From assembly GCA_013239625.1 (NCBI GenBank), contig MU055785.1, forward strand, positions 7,130,001 through 7,194,000: a stretch of 64,000 nucleotides of DNA, in the 5' to 3' direction. This stretch comes from Lama guanicoe. Taxonomy: Eukaryota. The notes beneath the pieces were generated by a model. That model worked only from the letters and a program-made list of their open reading frames with translations. It had not been told where the DNA came from and did not search any database. This document shows, piece after piece, positions 1-14,458 of this stretch (position 1 is the stretch's first letter; each line of letters begins with the position of its first letter). The position numbers and the translations under genes are program-made.

Positions 1-249
1 GAAAGATGACTGCAGTGCTCTGTTTCTTGACCTGGGTAGAGTGATTAGACATCTAACGCCTTTATTCATTTGATTGTACTTGTATTTTTTTTTAATCAAT
101 CTCTGCTGGGTGGCAGTTAATGAGAATTTGTATTTTTGTGTTTCTCTCTCTCTCTTTCGGTCTGTTTGTCTTGAGAATTCAGATATCTCCTGGGAGCTCC
201 ATTATTGTTGTCTTTCATGCCATTACAAATTTAAATCACTCAAAAATTG

Positions 250-272
250 GTGTGTGTGTGTGTGTGTGTGTG
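250..272. repeat. (GT)n microsatellite
   Basis: Uninterrupted gt run. Confidence 0.95.
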
Positions 273-612
273 TCTGTGTATGTATGTTCACGACTCCTGA
301 AAAACAGCCCTATAAAATTAGGAGCTGATGGACTATTAGATATTATGCTGTGTTTATTTTGGACCCATAATTAAAGTAGTAAAACCAAAGCTGTCAGTTC
401 CTTTTGTCTTTGTGTACATAAGTGAAAAAAGCATTTCACAAAAGAGTGGTCTCATTACGATATACTATATCTGCAGAAAGACCTCTTCCTCACAACTCCA
501 CTATAGGAAATTAATGGAGTGTAATAAATTTGTAGATAAAGATTCATATGGCTGCCAAAGGGACTTTTGAATTTACCAGAATGTTTTAGTTCAGAAGTAG
601 GTGACTTGGGGT

Positions 613-790
613 GGGGAGGGTCTATAGCTCATTGGTAGAGTGTGTGCTTAGCATGCTCAAACCTGAGTTCAATCCCCAGTACCTCCATTAAAATCAGTAA
701 ACAAAAACCTAATTACCTCTCCCTCCAAAGAAAAATCATACACACAAAACAAAAAACAAGTCTATAAAATAAATTAGTTTTAAAAACGGG
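613..790 (+). mobile_element. tRNA-derived SINE (camelid Vic-1-like)
   Basis: ggggaggg..tatagctcattggtagag..gttcaatccccagtacctcca followed by an A-rich tail with aaacctaattacctc. Confidence 0.75.
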
Positions 791-2645
791 AGATGAATTC
801 ATAAAAGCAGATTGCTTAACAAAATGAGAATTAATCACCCAGGTTAATGCTCTATTTTTAATGGCTATAGGAGAAGAAGAAAAAACCCTTTGTTTCTGCT
901 GAATCTCCTACCATCAATATACAGCTATCCATGTACAAGCTAAGATACATTCTTTAGATGATAGATCATTCTACCTGACACCTCAGAATCTGAAAATCCC
1001 CATACAAATTCCTAGTATAGATCATGAAGTAACAAATCCTCAGGAAAACAAATATAATTATTCTGTAAAATAATAGCATATCTAAGTTGGTTTTGCTTAC
1101 AAAACTATTTAGAATGATGGTTGAATATTCACAAAGTGTCTTTATATTAAGATCCTTTTCAGGACTATGTAGTGTTGACCTACGTTCAGAAAAATTTGTC
1201 CTCCTTCCTACTAGGACATGATTAGATAAATCAATACATCTAATTTATAAGTAAATTTGTATTCATGTCAGAAATCTCAATTAGGTATTGCTAATCTCAC
1301 GATTAAGAATCAGACACCAAAGGACAAATAGTGCATGACTCCACCTATAAGAGGTACCTAGAGTAGCCAAATTCATAGAGACAGAAAATATAACAGACAT
1401 TATCATGGCCAGGGGGAGGATAGAAAGAGGAGTTTCTGTTTGGGATGATAAAAAAAAAATTCTGGAAATAGATAGTGGTGATATTTATACAACATTGTGA
1501 ATGCAATTAATGCCACTAAATTGTACACTTAAAATGACAAAACAAATTAACAAAAAAAACCAAAGTCTCATCTTGTTCCCAGAATGGCATTAAATTAACT
1601 ACTTCAAAAGATTGAAAATAAACATCAGTTTGTTGATAAATAAAAAACAAACCAAAACCCAAACCCAAAAAACAAAAAAATCAAGGACAACTCTTCTGAT
1701 GTGGAAATGATTCTTACAAAGTCTCTCTTGGAAACTGTTACTGTTGCAAAGCTTTTGAAAGCCCAGCACTGCAGACAGTCAAAAGAACACTTTTTTTGGT
1801 AGGTCACAAGCATGAATAAACTTGGGCATTTCTGAAATCAGTGATATCCGCTTACAGGTAAGATTTGGCAGATAGAACCCAGAGATGCTAACTTACATGT
1901 TCCTTGGTCCCTGACCCCAGCAGATGAATTGGTAAGAACCATGAAATACTTTTGAACCATGAAGGTAAATGACAACTCCTAGGACGTTATGAAGTCTGCA
2001 GCCAAAAATGAACTAGTAACCTTTTTAACATCAGAGGACTCTAGTTTTGTTTAACATGCATAATATAAACTCTTTGTGTCCTTGTGTATTGATTAACACA
2101 TCTTGTAACACCTAGCTAAATAAAACTCACATAAAAGAAAACGTCAAATTAATAATAGTGAATCAAAAAACTGTTTCACAAAACCATATGTAGTCAAATT
2201 CTTGTCTTAGAAGCAAAGATTTGAACAAAGGAAGAGCTATAGAAGTAAAACTGGTGTGTTGTTCTGTGGACATTAGCATAAATGTGCATATTATATGTAC
2301 CCTTAGTCAAACAAACAAGCAAAGCACCCCATCATTTTGTTGAGTTCTCGTTTTCCAAATCCAGCAGAACCTAGGGTCGTTTGCTGTTATGTGCCTGACC
2401 AAAGAAACCAATTTCATTCTTGGCTTTGGTGATGCTAATTTTTGAAGATACATCACAACCTTGGTTGAGGCGATAATCATGTGAGGAAACTGCTGTTTTT
2501 CTATCATGAACGTACTAACTGTAAACTAACTTTGGTAATTTTCTGATTTTTATCTTTAAATACTTTTTTTTTCTTTTTTAATCAAGCCAGTCTTTCTAAA
2601 ATCCAACTCATCATTTTTTAAAATAAGAAAGCGTCTCTTTTCTTT

Positions 2646-2678
<33 letters not shown>

Positions 2679-3246
2679 TCTGTTTCTGAGTCTTCCTTTC
2701 ACAAGTCCAGATGACTCTGTCCATCTGGGTATTTTGAAATACACTTGGCAGACACTATGCAGATCTCAAATATAAAAATCTAAAAAGAAGCTGTTGTCTG
2801 AATGTGCTCACTCAGTAAGGGTCAGGAGACAGGATGCTACTCCAATCATTTGGAAGGGGGAATAGGTGCAGGATGGACTTAAATGAATCTTTCCTCTTGT
2901 TAGTTCTGACTCAGCTGAGATTAATATCCAGAGAACCCAGAGAAGCTAACATTAGCCAGCACTGGACTGTAGCCAGACCATTACAAGGACTGTTTGTTGA
3001 AATACTGTATGCTCCTTATTTTTCTCCTTCCTTCTCTGTTTCTGTCTCCTCTCCCTCTTCTTATCCTCCTTCATTTCCATCTTCTTCCCATATTTCACTG
3101 AACATTTCAAATGACTAGCATTCTCTCCCACCCCACCTCCATCGCCCCTGGGTGCTGTTTGCTGAGATGACAGACATCACTCCTGCCTTTTCTTACCCTC
3201 CCTCCTCCATCTTCCCCTCCTGCCCTCATCCTAGTAGCCGCCTCAC

Positions 3247-3422
3247 CTCCAGGTACCAGTGTTTTACCAGCCGCAGGAGGCTCTTTAGCTTTGCTGGCCG
3301 GTGTTTGATGAAGATTTTCTGCAGCTCACTGAAGGATGGGGAGAAATTTCCAGGGACATTGCAGGCCTTAATCAGACTCACATAGACCTCTGGCGGGGGC
3401 TGATATTTGGGATGACAAGGCT
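3247..3422 (-). CDS. OASL: OASL coding exon 3
   Basis: Acceptor ctcctcag|AG, OAS signature [22 protein letters not shown], donor GAG|gtgagg. Confidence 0.92.
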
Positions 3423-6400
3423 CTGAGGAGAGAGGAGGCAAAAGGGAGAGAGTAAGGGCTTAGGAAGCCCCAGGTTGATGAGTTAGCTGGTGGGGGAGAG
3501 CCTAATTCACTGGAGTCTCTCTCCAGGGGAGCCTGGGACCACATAGCCTAAGAGACTAAAGGTTTCCCTTCTCGATTGTCCTTTTAGGGAGAATCAAAAG
3601 TGGGTTTTCTATTCGTCAGGCAACTCAAGGACTGTCCTCTTTTCTTGCTGTGCCCAACACCCTCAGTTTCCCTTAATGTTTGTTTTGGATCGCGCTCTCT
3701 CAGTGATTTGGAACCTCCAGCATCACAGGGGAGAACCAGTTCCAGATAAGAGAGCTGGGCTGGGAGATAGCCCATGTGCTCAAAGGTGGGCAGGTGTCAC
3801 TACCGCTAACGGCTCCCGCTCCCTCAGCCAACGGCTGCGAAGCTGGTGGGCGGAACATTCCGACATCCCACGTGGGACACGGTCGGTTGAGCGGTGCTCC
3901 GTACTTTGACCGCAGTTCTCCAGGGCCACAAGCCCAGGGGCTGACCACGCTGACTTTTTCGGTGTGCACCTTACAATGTTCCTTCCCTGCCGTCTCACTG
4001 CCTGACTCCGCTGACAGCGTTGGCTGGGCCTGCTTAGCCTCAGACCCGGGTCTCAGGGTCGGCTTGCGGGAGAGCCCGGGCCGTGCCCCGCCCCCTTGCC
4101 CCGGGAACGCTCCGGGAGCAGCCGGGGCTGCGCTTACTCCTTTCCCTCCCTGGGTCTCACCTCCTCTCCAAGCATATATTTAAGTGCATGATTCTTTGAT
4201 ACCTCTGTTTCCCAAGTTGAGCCACGGGACAGCCACAGTTGGGTCAGTCCCAGGCACTGCGGGGGGCACAGCGCCCAGCGCAGGACATGGGCTGAACGCG
4301 TGAATGCGGGTGTCTGCACGTGGCCATGACCGGGAGCTGAGGGAGCTGAGGGTCCTGCAGGGAGGGCGGGAATGTGAGTCGGGTGGGTTCCCCTCCGCTT
4401 ACTCAGCGCCCCGAAGGCAGGCACGAGGGTGACGGTGATGGGCTCTCCAGTCTCCCTGGTCTGCACGGTGAAGGAGACAACTTCACAGGGGTTTCCCCGG
4501 ACCAGCCTGAGGTCCTGGAGCTGGAGGGCCAGCAGGTCCTGGCAATACAGCAGCTTTTCATAAATCAGGTTCAGAATGCGCTGGTGGTGCTTGGCCTCCT
4601 CCTGGAAGCTGCGGAAACAGCTCAGGAACACCACCAGCTCCACCTCCGTGGTGTTTCTGAGCACGGTGCCATTCCCGAAGGAGCCCACCTGCGGAACAAA
4701 GAGTCCCATCACCCCAAGGCCTCTACCTGGACCAGGCAATCCCTGAGGCTCTCTACCCGGACGAATTATCCTGTTTAATGCCCACCACCGCCCTCAGGGA
4801 TGGGTGGTTACTGCTAACATCCCTCTTCAAAGAGGAGAAAACAAGAGATCTCTAGAGGACAAGCAGCTTGTCCAGGGTCACACAGGGGTGGTCTGAACCC
4901 AAGTAGGCTGACTCCACAGCCTACATTTTCCTCTTTTGAGGGGGGCAGTAAGTAGGTTTATTTATTTTTTTTAAATTGAGGTACTGGGGATTGAACCTAG
5001 GACCAATCTACTACTGAGCTATACTCTCCCCTCCCCTGCTTTTAAAAAAGAAAATTGAATTGAAATCAGTCAGCTTACAATGTTGTGTTAATTTCTGGTG
5101 TACAGCATAATGATTCATTTATACATATATATTCCTTTTCATATTCTTTTTCATTATAGGCCATTACAAGGTATTAAATATAGTTCCCTGTGCTATACAG
5201 TAGGGCCTTGTTGTTCATCTATGTTTATATATAGTAGTTAGTATCTACAAATCCTGAACTCCCAGTCTATCTCTTCCCACTCCCTTTCCCCTCTGGGAAC
5301 CAAGAATTTGATCCTATGTCTTTGAGTCTGTCTCTGTTTTGTAAATACGTTCATCTTTTTCTTTCTTTTTTTTAAGATTCCAAATATAAATGATATCATA
5401 TGGTATTTTTCTTTCTGTTTCTGACTTACCACAGCCAGGTTTCTTATTCCCTACCCTGCTCTGCTTCTGAGACTCCACCTTATTTGAGGAGTGATCCCTT
5501 TCTGAGCGAACAGACTTGTCTACTCCACAGAGTGGTTTGAGGATCCTGGGGTGTGGGAAGTGAGGGGTCTGAGCAATTTTATGACATTAAATAGCGGGGC
5601 CACAGGATTGCCTGATGGATAACAGCCATGGGCTGGGGAATGGGGCAGCCCGATTTTGACCTCACCTCTGGCACCTGTTTCTCAGCTGTGGGATCCTTCT
5701 GTAACGTGAAATGATGGAGTGTGAGTCACCAGGTTATTGGGAGGATTAGAAAAGATCGTGGTGCCCAGCCCTCAGAAAGTCAGCAATACATCTCTCTTCC
5801 TGCTCTTCATCTTGCTGACTTAGATCAGCTCTTCTGCTGCCTGGGATTCAACTTTCCCATCTGAACAGAAGGAGCCTGAGCTGGATGATTTTTTAAGGGA
5901 TCCTTTTCATGCTCTGAGATTCTAGACTTGCTCTCCAAACCTGTTTCCTCTAATATACAAAGCCCTCCAACTCTCTGTCCTTCTCTCTTTCTCACTCCAG
6001 GTCGGGAGGTGAAATTTTCCAGGGATACATCAGACCTCAGGTCGGCTTCCTCTGCTGGTGGGTGGAGTTGATCCTAACCCAGCTGTCAGCAGCTGAGCCC
6101 TCACTGTCTGGCACTACTGAAAGCCCTTTATACATCCGATATCTTTTACCCTCATCCCCACTGATTGAGGTGGGGGAACTAGTATCATTATCCTCCTGGT
6201 ACAGATAAGAAAAGGGAGGAAGTTGGGGGTTAACCATCTTGCCATGGACTCATAGCCAGGACTCATAGCCACGGTCAGATAGAGGGTCAGAGCACACGGT
6301 GTGGTTTCTCTACTTCTTTCTTCCCTGTGACACAAGCCTACGTGCCAGACCCCGCTTCTGTGAAGGAGGAGTCTGCCATCTTTTTTTTTCCCTCTTCGTT

Positions 6401-9233
6401 TTCCATTTTCTTTCTCCAATTGCATCCAGACTCAGGGTTTCCACCCTATGTGAGAGGGCCGGGGACGGCACCCTGTGTGTGGATGAAGGGCACATCCCCC
6501 TTGAAGGCTGTTCCTAGGCTGCCCTCCTTGCCTTTCCCTGTACTAAGATACAGGCAGAGAGAGAAGGGTATTCTAGCATAGGCTTCATGAGTTGCTTCAG
6601 TTAGAATCTAAACTATTTAAAGACAAGCACGCACTCATGTGGACCAGCACAGCTCACCAGATTTTCAGGGGTTGAGGGGAGGGTTTAGAGCCCAAATAAA
6701 ATGTTAACTTCTCATTGACCATTGCTTTTTGGGTGTCTCTATTACCGATTGGTTTCAAGGATGAAGAAATGGCTGTGGTCTGCAGTCAGGATCTGAGGGA
6801 TGGGTAAATACCACTTCCTGCCTTCAAACCTCATATTGTTTGAGGTATCCTCTCATCCCCAGACATCCCCCACTCCAACCCCATTATTCTCAGGGTTTTC
6901 ATGGGGGTGGTCTGGGAGGGTCTACATGAGTCACACTGATGTCCCAGGCCCAGAAGAAAGTTCGAACAAGAACTTATATCGATGTTTTTGTTTTTGAGCA
7001 TTGACTAATCTTGTAGCCTGCATCACCCCATTTACTTGATGAGAGACAGATGATGAAGGTGATGACAGTGTCACCCCAATTACAGATGAGAAGACTAAGG
7101 GTTTGAGAGAAAAGATCGTAAATCTAAGGTCACACAGCTGTAAGAGAAGATGCCAAGAGTCAAACCCACTTCTGATGTCAAAATGTATGGTTTCTCACTT
7201 AAATTGTATGGCTTCAGGATCCAGGTGCTAAGGATAAGAGTAAAGAAGTGATTTGGCCCTGAAGCTTCAAGGCAGAACTAGAGCATTGAGCTGGGAATCA
7301 GGAGTCCTAATGAGAGTCTTGCCTTTGTCCCCAGCTCGCTGTGTGAACTTGGGAAGTCGCTCACCCTCTCTGTGCCTCTGTTTCCTTAGTGTTTACATGC
7401 AGGATTGGCCAAGATAGTCTGTCTCCAGGGCCTTTTGTGTTGGGAAACTGGAGCTGGTGATTGAATTAAGAATATGTTGGTGGGAGGGTATAGCTAGTGT
7501 GTGTGCTTAGCATGCACAAGGTCCTGGGGTCAATCCCCGGTACCTTCATTAAAATAGAGAAATAATTAATCAGTAAAGAAACCTAATTACTGCATCCCCC
7601 CCAAAAAGGGGGGAAAAACCCCAAAAGAATATGTAGATTATGACCTGATGAATGAGGGGGCACAAGCCACCCACACAGTGTGGGCAGGTAGCTCCCTTAG
7701 CATCCAAACTCCCTCTGTGGGGAAATGAAACCTACCCAGTTGTTTGGATGGAAGGCCCAGTTTCAATACACCCATACAAGGAAAGTAGTCGTAAGATTGA
7801 TTACTTACAGATCCCAAAGGTCAGGGGACACAAGTGAGCCAGGGAAAGAGCAGTCCTCCGTCCCAGCCAGAAATGAGCCACAGAGCAGGGTAGAAGCACC
7901 TGTTACTTATAAGGTGGTTGGGGTGGAGGTTACCAGCTTTTCACAAGCTTAACTCTAAAGTGGTTATTTTAAAAAGTGCCCCAGGAAAGGCAAAGCAGGA
8001 ACTTGCGGGGGCATCCTAAACTCAAGCCCTTATCTAAGTGTCCAGATTCTGGGTATGAGTTGGGTCATCATACTGTAAAATGCGAGGAAAGCAAAATTAT
8101 TTTCCTTAAAAGTTGTTTTTCTCATCACACCTTTCTAATTGTTTGACCCTCTTGAATTATGATCCTAGCTAGGGGAGGTGACATGAAGCAGCTGGAGGAA
8201 GGACTTGGGGGAAAAAAATCTCCATGGAGGCAGCCTGGAGTGGAGTAAGATAGATCTTGGTTCAAATCCTAGCTTCACCACTAATTGTGTGACCTTGGGC
8301 AAGTTAACTTACCTCTCTGAGCTTTCAGTAAAGAAAAACTTTTCATTATCAAAAAATTTAAACATAGAAAAATAGAAAGCAAATACAATGAACACTTATA
8401 GCGCCAAACAGTCAGATTCAACAAGTCTAAATTTTTTGCTACACTTGTTTCAACGAAGCCACTTTAAAGTAAATACAGACACTAAGGAACTTAGTCCCTA
8501 AATACTTTAGCATTTGGGTCCAACAAAGAGAACATTTCCCCCCATAACCACAAAACTACTACACCTTAAAAAAATTCCCTTATATATGTTATCTAATATT
8601 CAGGCCATATTGAAATTTCCCAGCTGTCCTCAAATTATATTTCACAGATGGTCCATTCACACTAAGATCCAATCAGAGACCTTGCATTGCATTTGGTTGT
8701 TACGAACCTTGTCGTCACTGAGTTTCCATTTTGCTCTTCTGTAAAATGGGGAAAGAGTAATACATACCACACAGGGTACGCAAATTAGAGATAATACATG
8801 TTAAGGGGCTAGGCTAGTGCATCCAAAAAAGTGAACTATTATCATTGGCTTCCTTACTGGACTCATTCTGCTCAAGGCAGCAGTGCATTGGGGTGCCGGC
8901 AGCTAGGTGGAAGGTCTTGAGATGTCAGTGGCATGGGCTAGGGATAATGAGGCAAGAGGTCTGCCAGCATCCTCAGGGACGTGGACCCTCATGCTCGGTT
9001 GTGCGTGGCCCAGGGATGGAGGGCACCAGTCTCACCTTGATCACCTTCTGCACCCGCACCTCCTTGTCCAGGCTGCTCTTCCTCTGGAAGCAGTTCTTTC
9101 TCAGGGAATGCCCCACAGTCCTCACAACCTCCAGCACCTCCTTTTTCCACTCCTGACTGGGGTGCAGGCAGTGATGCACGAAGGCAGTCAGCTTGGAAGC
9201 AGGGGTGTCAAACAGCTCCTGTGGCAGTGCCAT
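3247..9233 (-). CDS. OASL: 2'-5'-oligoadenylate synthetase-like protein, exons 1-3 (gene continues beyond window start)
   Basis: Exons 9233-9036 ([15 protein letters not shown]...VQKVIK), 4688-4403 ([25 protein letters not shown]...[13 protein letters not shown]) and 3422-3247 ([20 protein letters not shown]...[15 protein letters not shown]). All are GT-AG with compatible phases and are strongly similar to human OASL. The catalytic Asp triad is replaced by E-x-E/T, as in inactive OASL. Confidence 0.93.
4403..4688 (-). CDS. OASL: OASL coding exon 2
   Basis: Acceptor ccgcag|GTGGGCTCCTTCGGG, donor CTGA|gtaagc, 286 nt. Confidence 0.92.
7482..7625 (+). mobile_element. tRNA-derived SINE (camelid Vic-1-like)
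   Basis: gggagggtatagct..gcttagcatgcacaaggtcctggg..caatcccc. Confidence 0.75.
9036..9233 (-). CDS. OASL: OASL coding exon 1
   Basis: ATG at 9233, 198 nt, donor AAG|gtgaga. Confidence 0.92.
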
Positions 9234-9513
9234 CTCTGTCCTGAGGGTACCAGTGTTGGAGATATATAGCCACACACCTACGCAGCTCGTGGCACACACC
9301 CTCTTCTTTAAGGGGGCTCCTCTTCAGCTGACCTCCGGCACCCTGTGGAATAAAGGACCAGAGTGCAGAGGACACCAGGGTGTCTGGCTGACCTGGGGCA
9401 CCTCTTTTTGGAGAGCGTCCACTGCAGCAGGGGCACTGAAGGACACCGAGTTTAGCCTGGAAGGTCTGGGGCCACCTTAACAGGAGTGGCTTTCGCTCAG
9501 CCTTTCCACTGAA

Positions 9514-9565
9514 GGTTTCATTTCTAAAGTTTTAGTTTCCTTTTTATGATTTGGAAACTGAAACT
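9514..9565. promoter_or_regulatory. ISRE/IRF element cluster of the OASL promoter
   Basis: Consensus ISRE GGAAACTGAAACT at 9553-9565, plus GGTTTCATTTCT (9514-9525) and AGTTTTAGTTTCC (9528-9540), about 300 bp upstream of the ATG. Confidence 0.8.
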
Positions 9566-12500
9566 GGCTTGAGTTTGGCCCCGGATGAGGCAACTTCCCC
9601 AGCAGATGGGAGCTGGATGGTATCCGCAATCCAATCGCCCCACCTTGTCATACGATACAGGTCCCAAAGAGGAAGGACTTGCTCAAGGCTGGGCTGAACA
9701 GTGGGAATTCTAGGGTCACACAAAACGAGCTCTGGAATTCCAGTCTGCCTTTTACCAGACTCTTAAATTCTTTGATCCTTACATAATTAATCCTTAAAAT
9801 AGGTTTAATAATAATAATCCTTATCCGAAAGGTTGCTGTGCAGATTATGCATGAGAACAGTTAGCAGAGAAAGTGTTAAGTAAGTGCAAGTATTATTATT
9901 CAGTCAATAAACATCTATTGAGTGCCCCCTGGGTGCCAGACACGATGCTAAGAAGACAAAAGAAGACGTGGTTCCTATCCCAAAGGGCTCCCAGAGCAGC
10001 CAAGAGACTCTGAGAATCCAGTGTCACCTGTGCTAGGTAGAAAAAAAGGCACAGAGACCTGGTGGAAATTCAGGCAGAAGAGTTTCCTTTGGGTCACCTG
10101 TGGTGTTAGTGGACACCTGCTTAAGATGAGTCTTAAAAGACTGGGGATGCAGCCAGGAGGCAGAGGGCACAGCAGAGGATAAGGCTGAGAAGGGTGTGGC
10201 CCAGGACTCAGCTGTCAGATCTGTCTTGGGGGAGGGGAAGGAGTGGGGAGGTGAGAGATCTACCTGGACTGGCCATTCACTCCTGAATCTGGGAGTGCTA
10301 TTCACTCATTCATTCCCAGCACTTCCTCTAGCAGCAGAAGTGTAGAGAATCCTTTCAAGAAGTTTCATGAAAGGGAGGACAAAGACAGGGCGTGAGCTAG
10401 AGGAAGAGATAGGTTTATTGTTTTGAACACTATTTTGAAAAAAAACAAAGCTCAATCATGACACGTTTCAATTTGTTTTCAAACCGGCTAACCCCAGATG
10501 GAAAGAATCATCTTTTTAATGACAAATTCTGTAAGTCCCCCTGTTTCCTGTGTTTGGTCCTTAAATAGTCCCATATTATAAGAGTTTGAAGAGTAGTAGC
10601 AATTTCACAAATGTAGGTCAACAATAAAGTGAGACTCTAAACATTTGCCATGTGTTTATAATGACAAATAATGAAATTCAAGGCAATATAAAAGTTATTC
10701 CAACAATAAACATTCAGACCTTACATATTGGTTAAATTTTTTTAAGCATAATTGATTTACAATATTATATTGGTTTCAGGTGTCCAACTTAGTGATTCAA
10801 TATTTTTATAGGTTATACTCGATTTAAAGTTATTAAAATATATTGGCTGTAATCCCTGTGCTGTACAATATATCTTTGTAGCTTATTTATTTTATACACA
10901 GTACCTCTTAATCCCTTATGCCTATCTTGCCCCTCCCCCTTCCTTTCCCCACTGGTAACTACCACCTTGTTCAAGAGACCTCACATATTAATTTGGATTC
11001 ATCTTCATGAAATCTCTGGGAGTTCAGCAGCTTTCAAGATTTAAAAAGGGATCATGGAGTCGGCTGTATGCTGGCTTTATGGTTTGTCAAAATGCCACCC
11101 AGCTGAGTACATTTCTATGGGAGTGGCAGAAGAGCTAGTTGGTAGGGAGGGTGTGGACTAGGTTTTGGCAAGGAGGGAAATAAAGATGAGTGTTATCTGA
11201 GTGTGGGTTCTTCCAAATGCAGAGTCTGAGACAAGGATTTATATGAGACTTGTTTTGGGAAATGATCCCGTTGGACAGGGCTGGGGAATTGAGAAGGAGG
11301 GAAAAACCAATCCAAGAAATATTATGAAATTGATTACTACTGTGGGCAGCTGAGGTTTGATCCCACTGGGGACCCTCTGAGGAGCCAAGCAGAATGTGCC
11401 TCAAAATTATACACCAGAGAGGTGGAAGAGCAGTGGAAGAGGGGAGTATGCACTCACTGGTTCCTGTCTTTCCATTGGTCAAGGCTTGCCCCCTGGGGTG
11501 TTAACTCCCTGGAACATCCATGTCTGCTGTGCATCCTGATGGCTGAGTGGATGCCAACAGAGGCTCCTCTGGAGCAGCGGAGAATGCCCCGTAGAGAGCA
11601 GGGTCATTTTCTATGCTAAGTGGAGAGAGATTATCCAAGAAATTTTAAACAAGCTTCTCAAATTTTTCCCATTCCTGTATGCACCCCTCTGCAATGCTGA
11701 CTTTGCAGTTCCTTTCTTCACGAGGTAGAGCCTATTTCTCCATCCCTTGAAGCAGGGCTTGGGAACGTGACTTGTTTTGACCAGTGAGACATCAGCAAAC
11801 ATGATGCAAGAAGAGGCTTATTTTGGGGCTTGCCCTTTCTCTTGCTACTTATACAACCCAGTAACCATTGAACCAGCCCACATTAGCCTGTTGGATAATG
11901 AAGAACAAGTAGTTAAGGCATTCCTGTTTTTCCAGTTGATATTGAGCCAATTGCCAGACATGTTAGTGAGGATGTTGTAGACCTTCAGCTTCGGGGGAGC
12001 CAGCTCAGAGCAGAAAAACTGCTTGGCTGATCCACAGAACCACAAGCAAATTAATGGGTTTTGGGGGATGGTTTGTTAGGTGGCATAAACTAACTGACAC
12101 AACTTTTGGCATCATCTGGATTCTGAGAATCACCTGTGCCTGACATTAGCTACCCCTAGACTCTTATGGGCCATTACAGTCTACTTATTTTTGCTTAGAC
12201 TAATTGGAATTGGGTCTCTACCACTTGCAACAAAAGGGGTCTTTGCTGATCCAAAACTGAATGGACTACATGGACAAATGGGCAGGAAAGATGAAGACAT
12301 CAACTAATGAGTGACTTGTAGCCTTGATCGTGGGGTCTAGGCTGGTTAGAAAAGGAATTAAATCCATGGTGGAGAGGAAATGGAAGGGTGGGTAGTTCAA
12401 GGTCCTTCCTTCTCGAAACACTAGGGTTTCCTTCTCTGACTCTCTTCTTGGAACTGGGTCAAATTCATGGGTTGACTCCTGATCTCCCTCAGCAATGTTG

Positions 12501-14458
12501 AACCCATGTTACCTCATATCAGCCCGTTTCCTTCCAGGCACCCAGAGGTCCGCAGAGCTCTGAACACTCCCCCATTGAAAGGTACGAAAACTAGGGAGCC
12601 CGTTACCTGCTCATCTTCATCATTCATCTTGTATTCAGACAAGATGTAGCTCTGTTGGACTTGTGGCTCTTAGGAGCCTTCTCCATGAAGGAAAGCCATA
12701 CCCAGTCTTAAAGCTTACTCAGGGGACAGGAGCTTTCACCCAAATTCTGCCAAATGCCTAATATCACAACATTTTTTTCCATCCTCTTTGCCAGATGTAA
12801 AGCAGGAGGGAGATAGCTCATGGGGACTCTGGACCCAACAGACAAATGAAGGTTGTCGAGGTTGAACATGCAAATTCATGCATGAAATACAAGTGAATGC
12901 CATTGTCATAACTTAGTCACATGGTCACAGGGGAGATTGGGAAATGTAGTCTTCAGACTCTGGCGATGTGCCTACCTAAAAACTCTGCTGCTGTGGAAGA
13001 AGAGGAGAAAAGAATGTGGGGAGGGAGGAGAGCAGTTGCTACTACAAAATCCATTCTCTGTTTTTGCCATTTTGGCCCCAGACCAGAGAGGATACAGCTC
13101 TAGAGAAATCCCTCTTCCTCTACCCTGGGATATGAAAGGTGAGCTTGGAGAGGGCAGGGGAAGGAGCCAATAACAGCTCCTTCCACCTGTAAAAAGTGGC
13201 GATAATAAGAATACCTACATCCTAGGGCTATAATGATGCTCCAATGAAATGACGGCTGAAAAGTACTCAGTTAATGCCCAGTACATAGTGAATGTTCAAT
13301 AAATGTGAGCTGTTATTACAGTAGGGGAGATGAACCTCAAATCAGAATTGCTAATGATATGAGTATGAATAGCAAAAATCACAGGGTACACCATCCACCA
13401 GACGTGGCTAGAAATCTGAGTGTCCTTCCATTTCCTTGATTATTCCAGCGGATGTAACTTACACACGATGAAGTGCACAGACTTGAAGTGTAGTGGATAC
13501 TGTTATGCGCCACCCAGATCCCCGCTTCAGGACTGAGACATTCACCTCCTCGGCTGGCGGGAGTGTTGCTGCTGACAACGCTCACTTGGGTCCCTGCTTG
13601 AGCATCACCCTCAGTTAAAGGGAGGCTGCTTTGTCCATGGTGATACCCTTTTTCCTGGGGCTGCTTGCATGTAATGACTGACTGGCATTAGGGGTTTAGA
13701 GGTCTGGTCCCTTGCTTCAGCTGAGCACAACTCAGAACGGCCATCACACAGCTCCAGTGCTCCTGTGGGTTGGCTGAAGTCTTTGCTGTGACTGTAACAC
13801 ACTTCAGCTTTTCTTTCTGCTCAGTCCCGTTTCTTTCACATCTTTTCCAGGTGTTGCTCCTGAGAATTACCCTCTAGTAAACTTCCTGTACGTACGTGTT
13901 CATCTCAGAATCTGTTTCTCTGGGAACTCGATCTAAGACACCTGGATGTATGGCTGGGTAGAGTTTATGCATTTGCATATGCCCCTGTAGCCACCACTCA
14001 GATCAAGATAAGAAACCACTTCTAGTATCTCAGCAGGGGCCCTTCAACTGCGTGCTTATCAGTAACCCGCTACTGAGAACGGAGAGACAGCTTTGATTTC
14101 CCTCTTTCCCTCCTGTCCCACATTCTAACCATCAGCCATAGGCCTTGAATTCATCTACTTCTTTTCACCTCCCAGCCTCCCCTGGCCCAACTCATTATCA
14201 CCTCCCCCTGGACAACGCAATAAGCTTCTAAAGTGAGATTCCATTCGTTTCCCTGCCTTGAAACCCAATCGGTCAGTTTCAGACCATGTCAAGCTCTTTC
14301 CTCTCTCCAGGGAACGCACATTGGCAGATTTTTTTAAGCAGGTGAGGGTTATGTTCATATTTATGCTTCAGAAAGAGCACAGTAGCCTGGGGAGAAAGGG
14401 GTGGGCAGGGGGACAGGACCATGGAAGTCTACATCACGAGCAGCCCGACTGTAGGCAC

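Noticed and set aside
613-690. tRNA-Ala-like sequences (also near 7482, 15850, 21884, 25180, 38355 and 59595)
   Set aside because: They are dispersed, diverged, followed by A-rich tails and sometimes flanked by target-site duplications, so they are SINE heads rather than tRNA genes.
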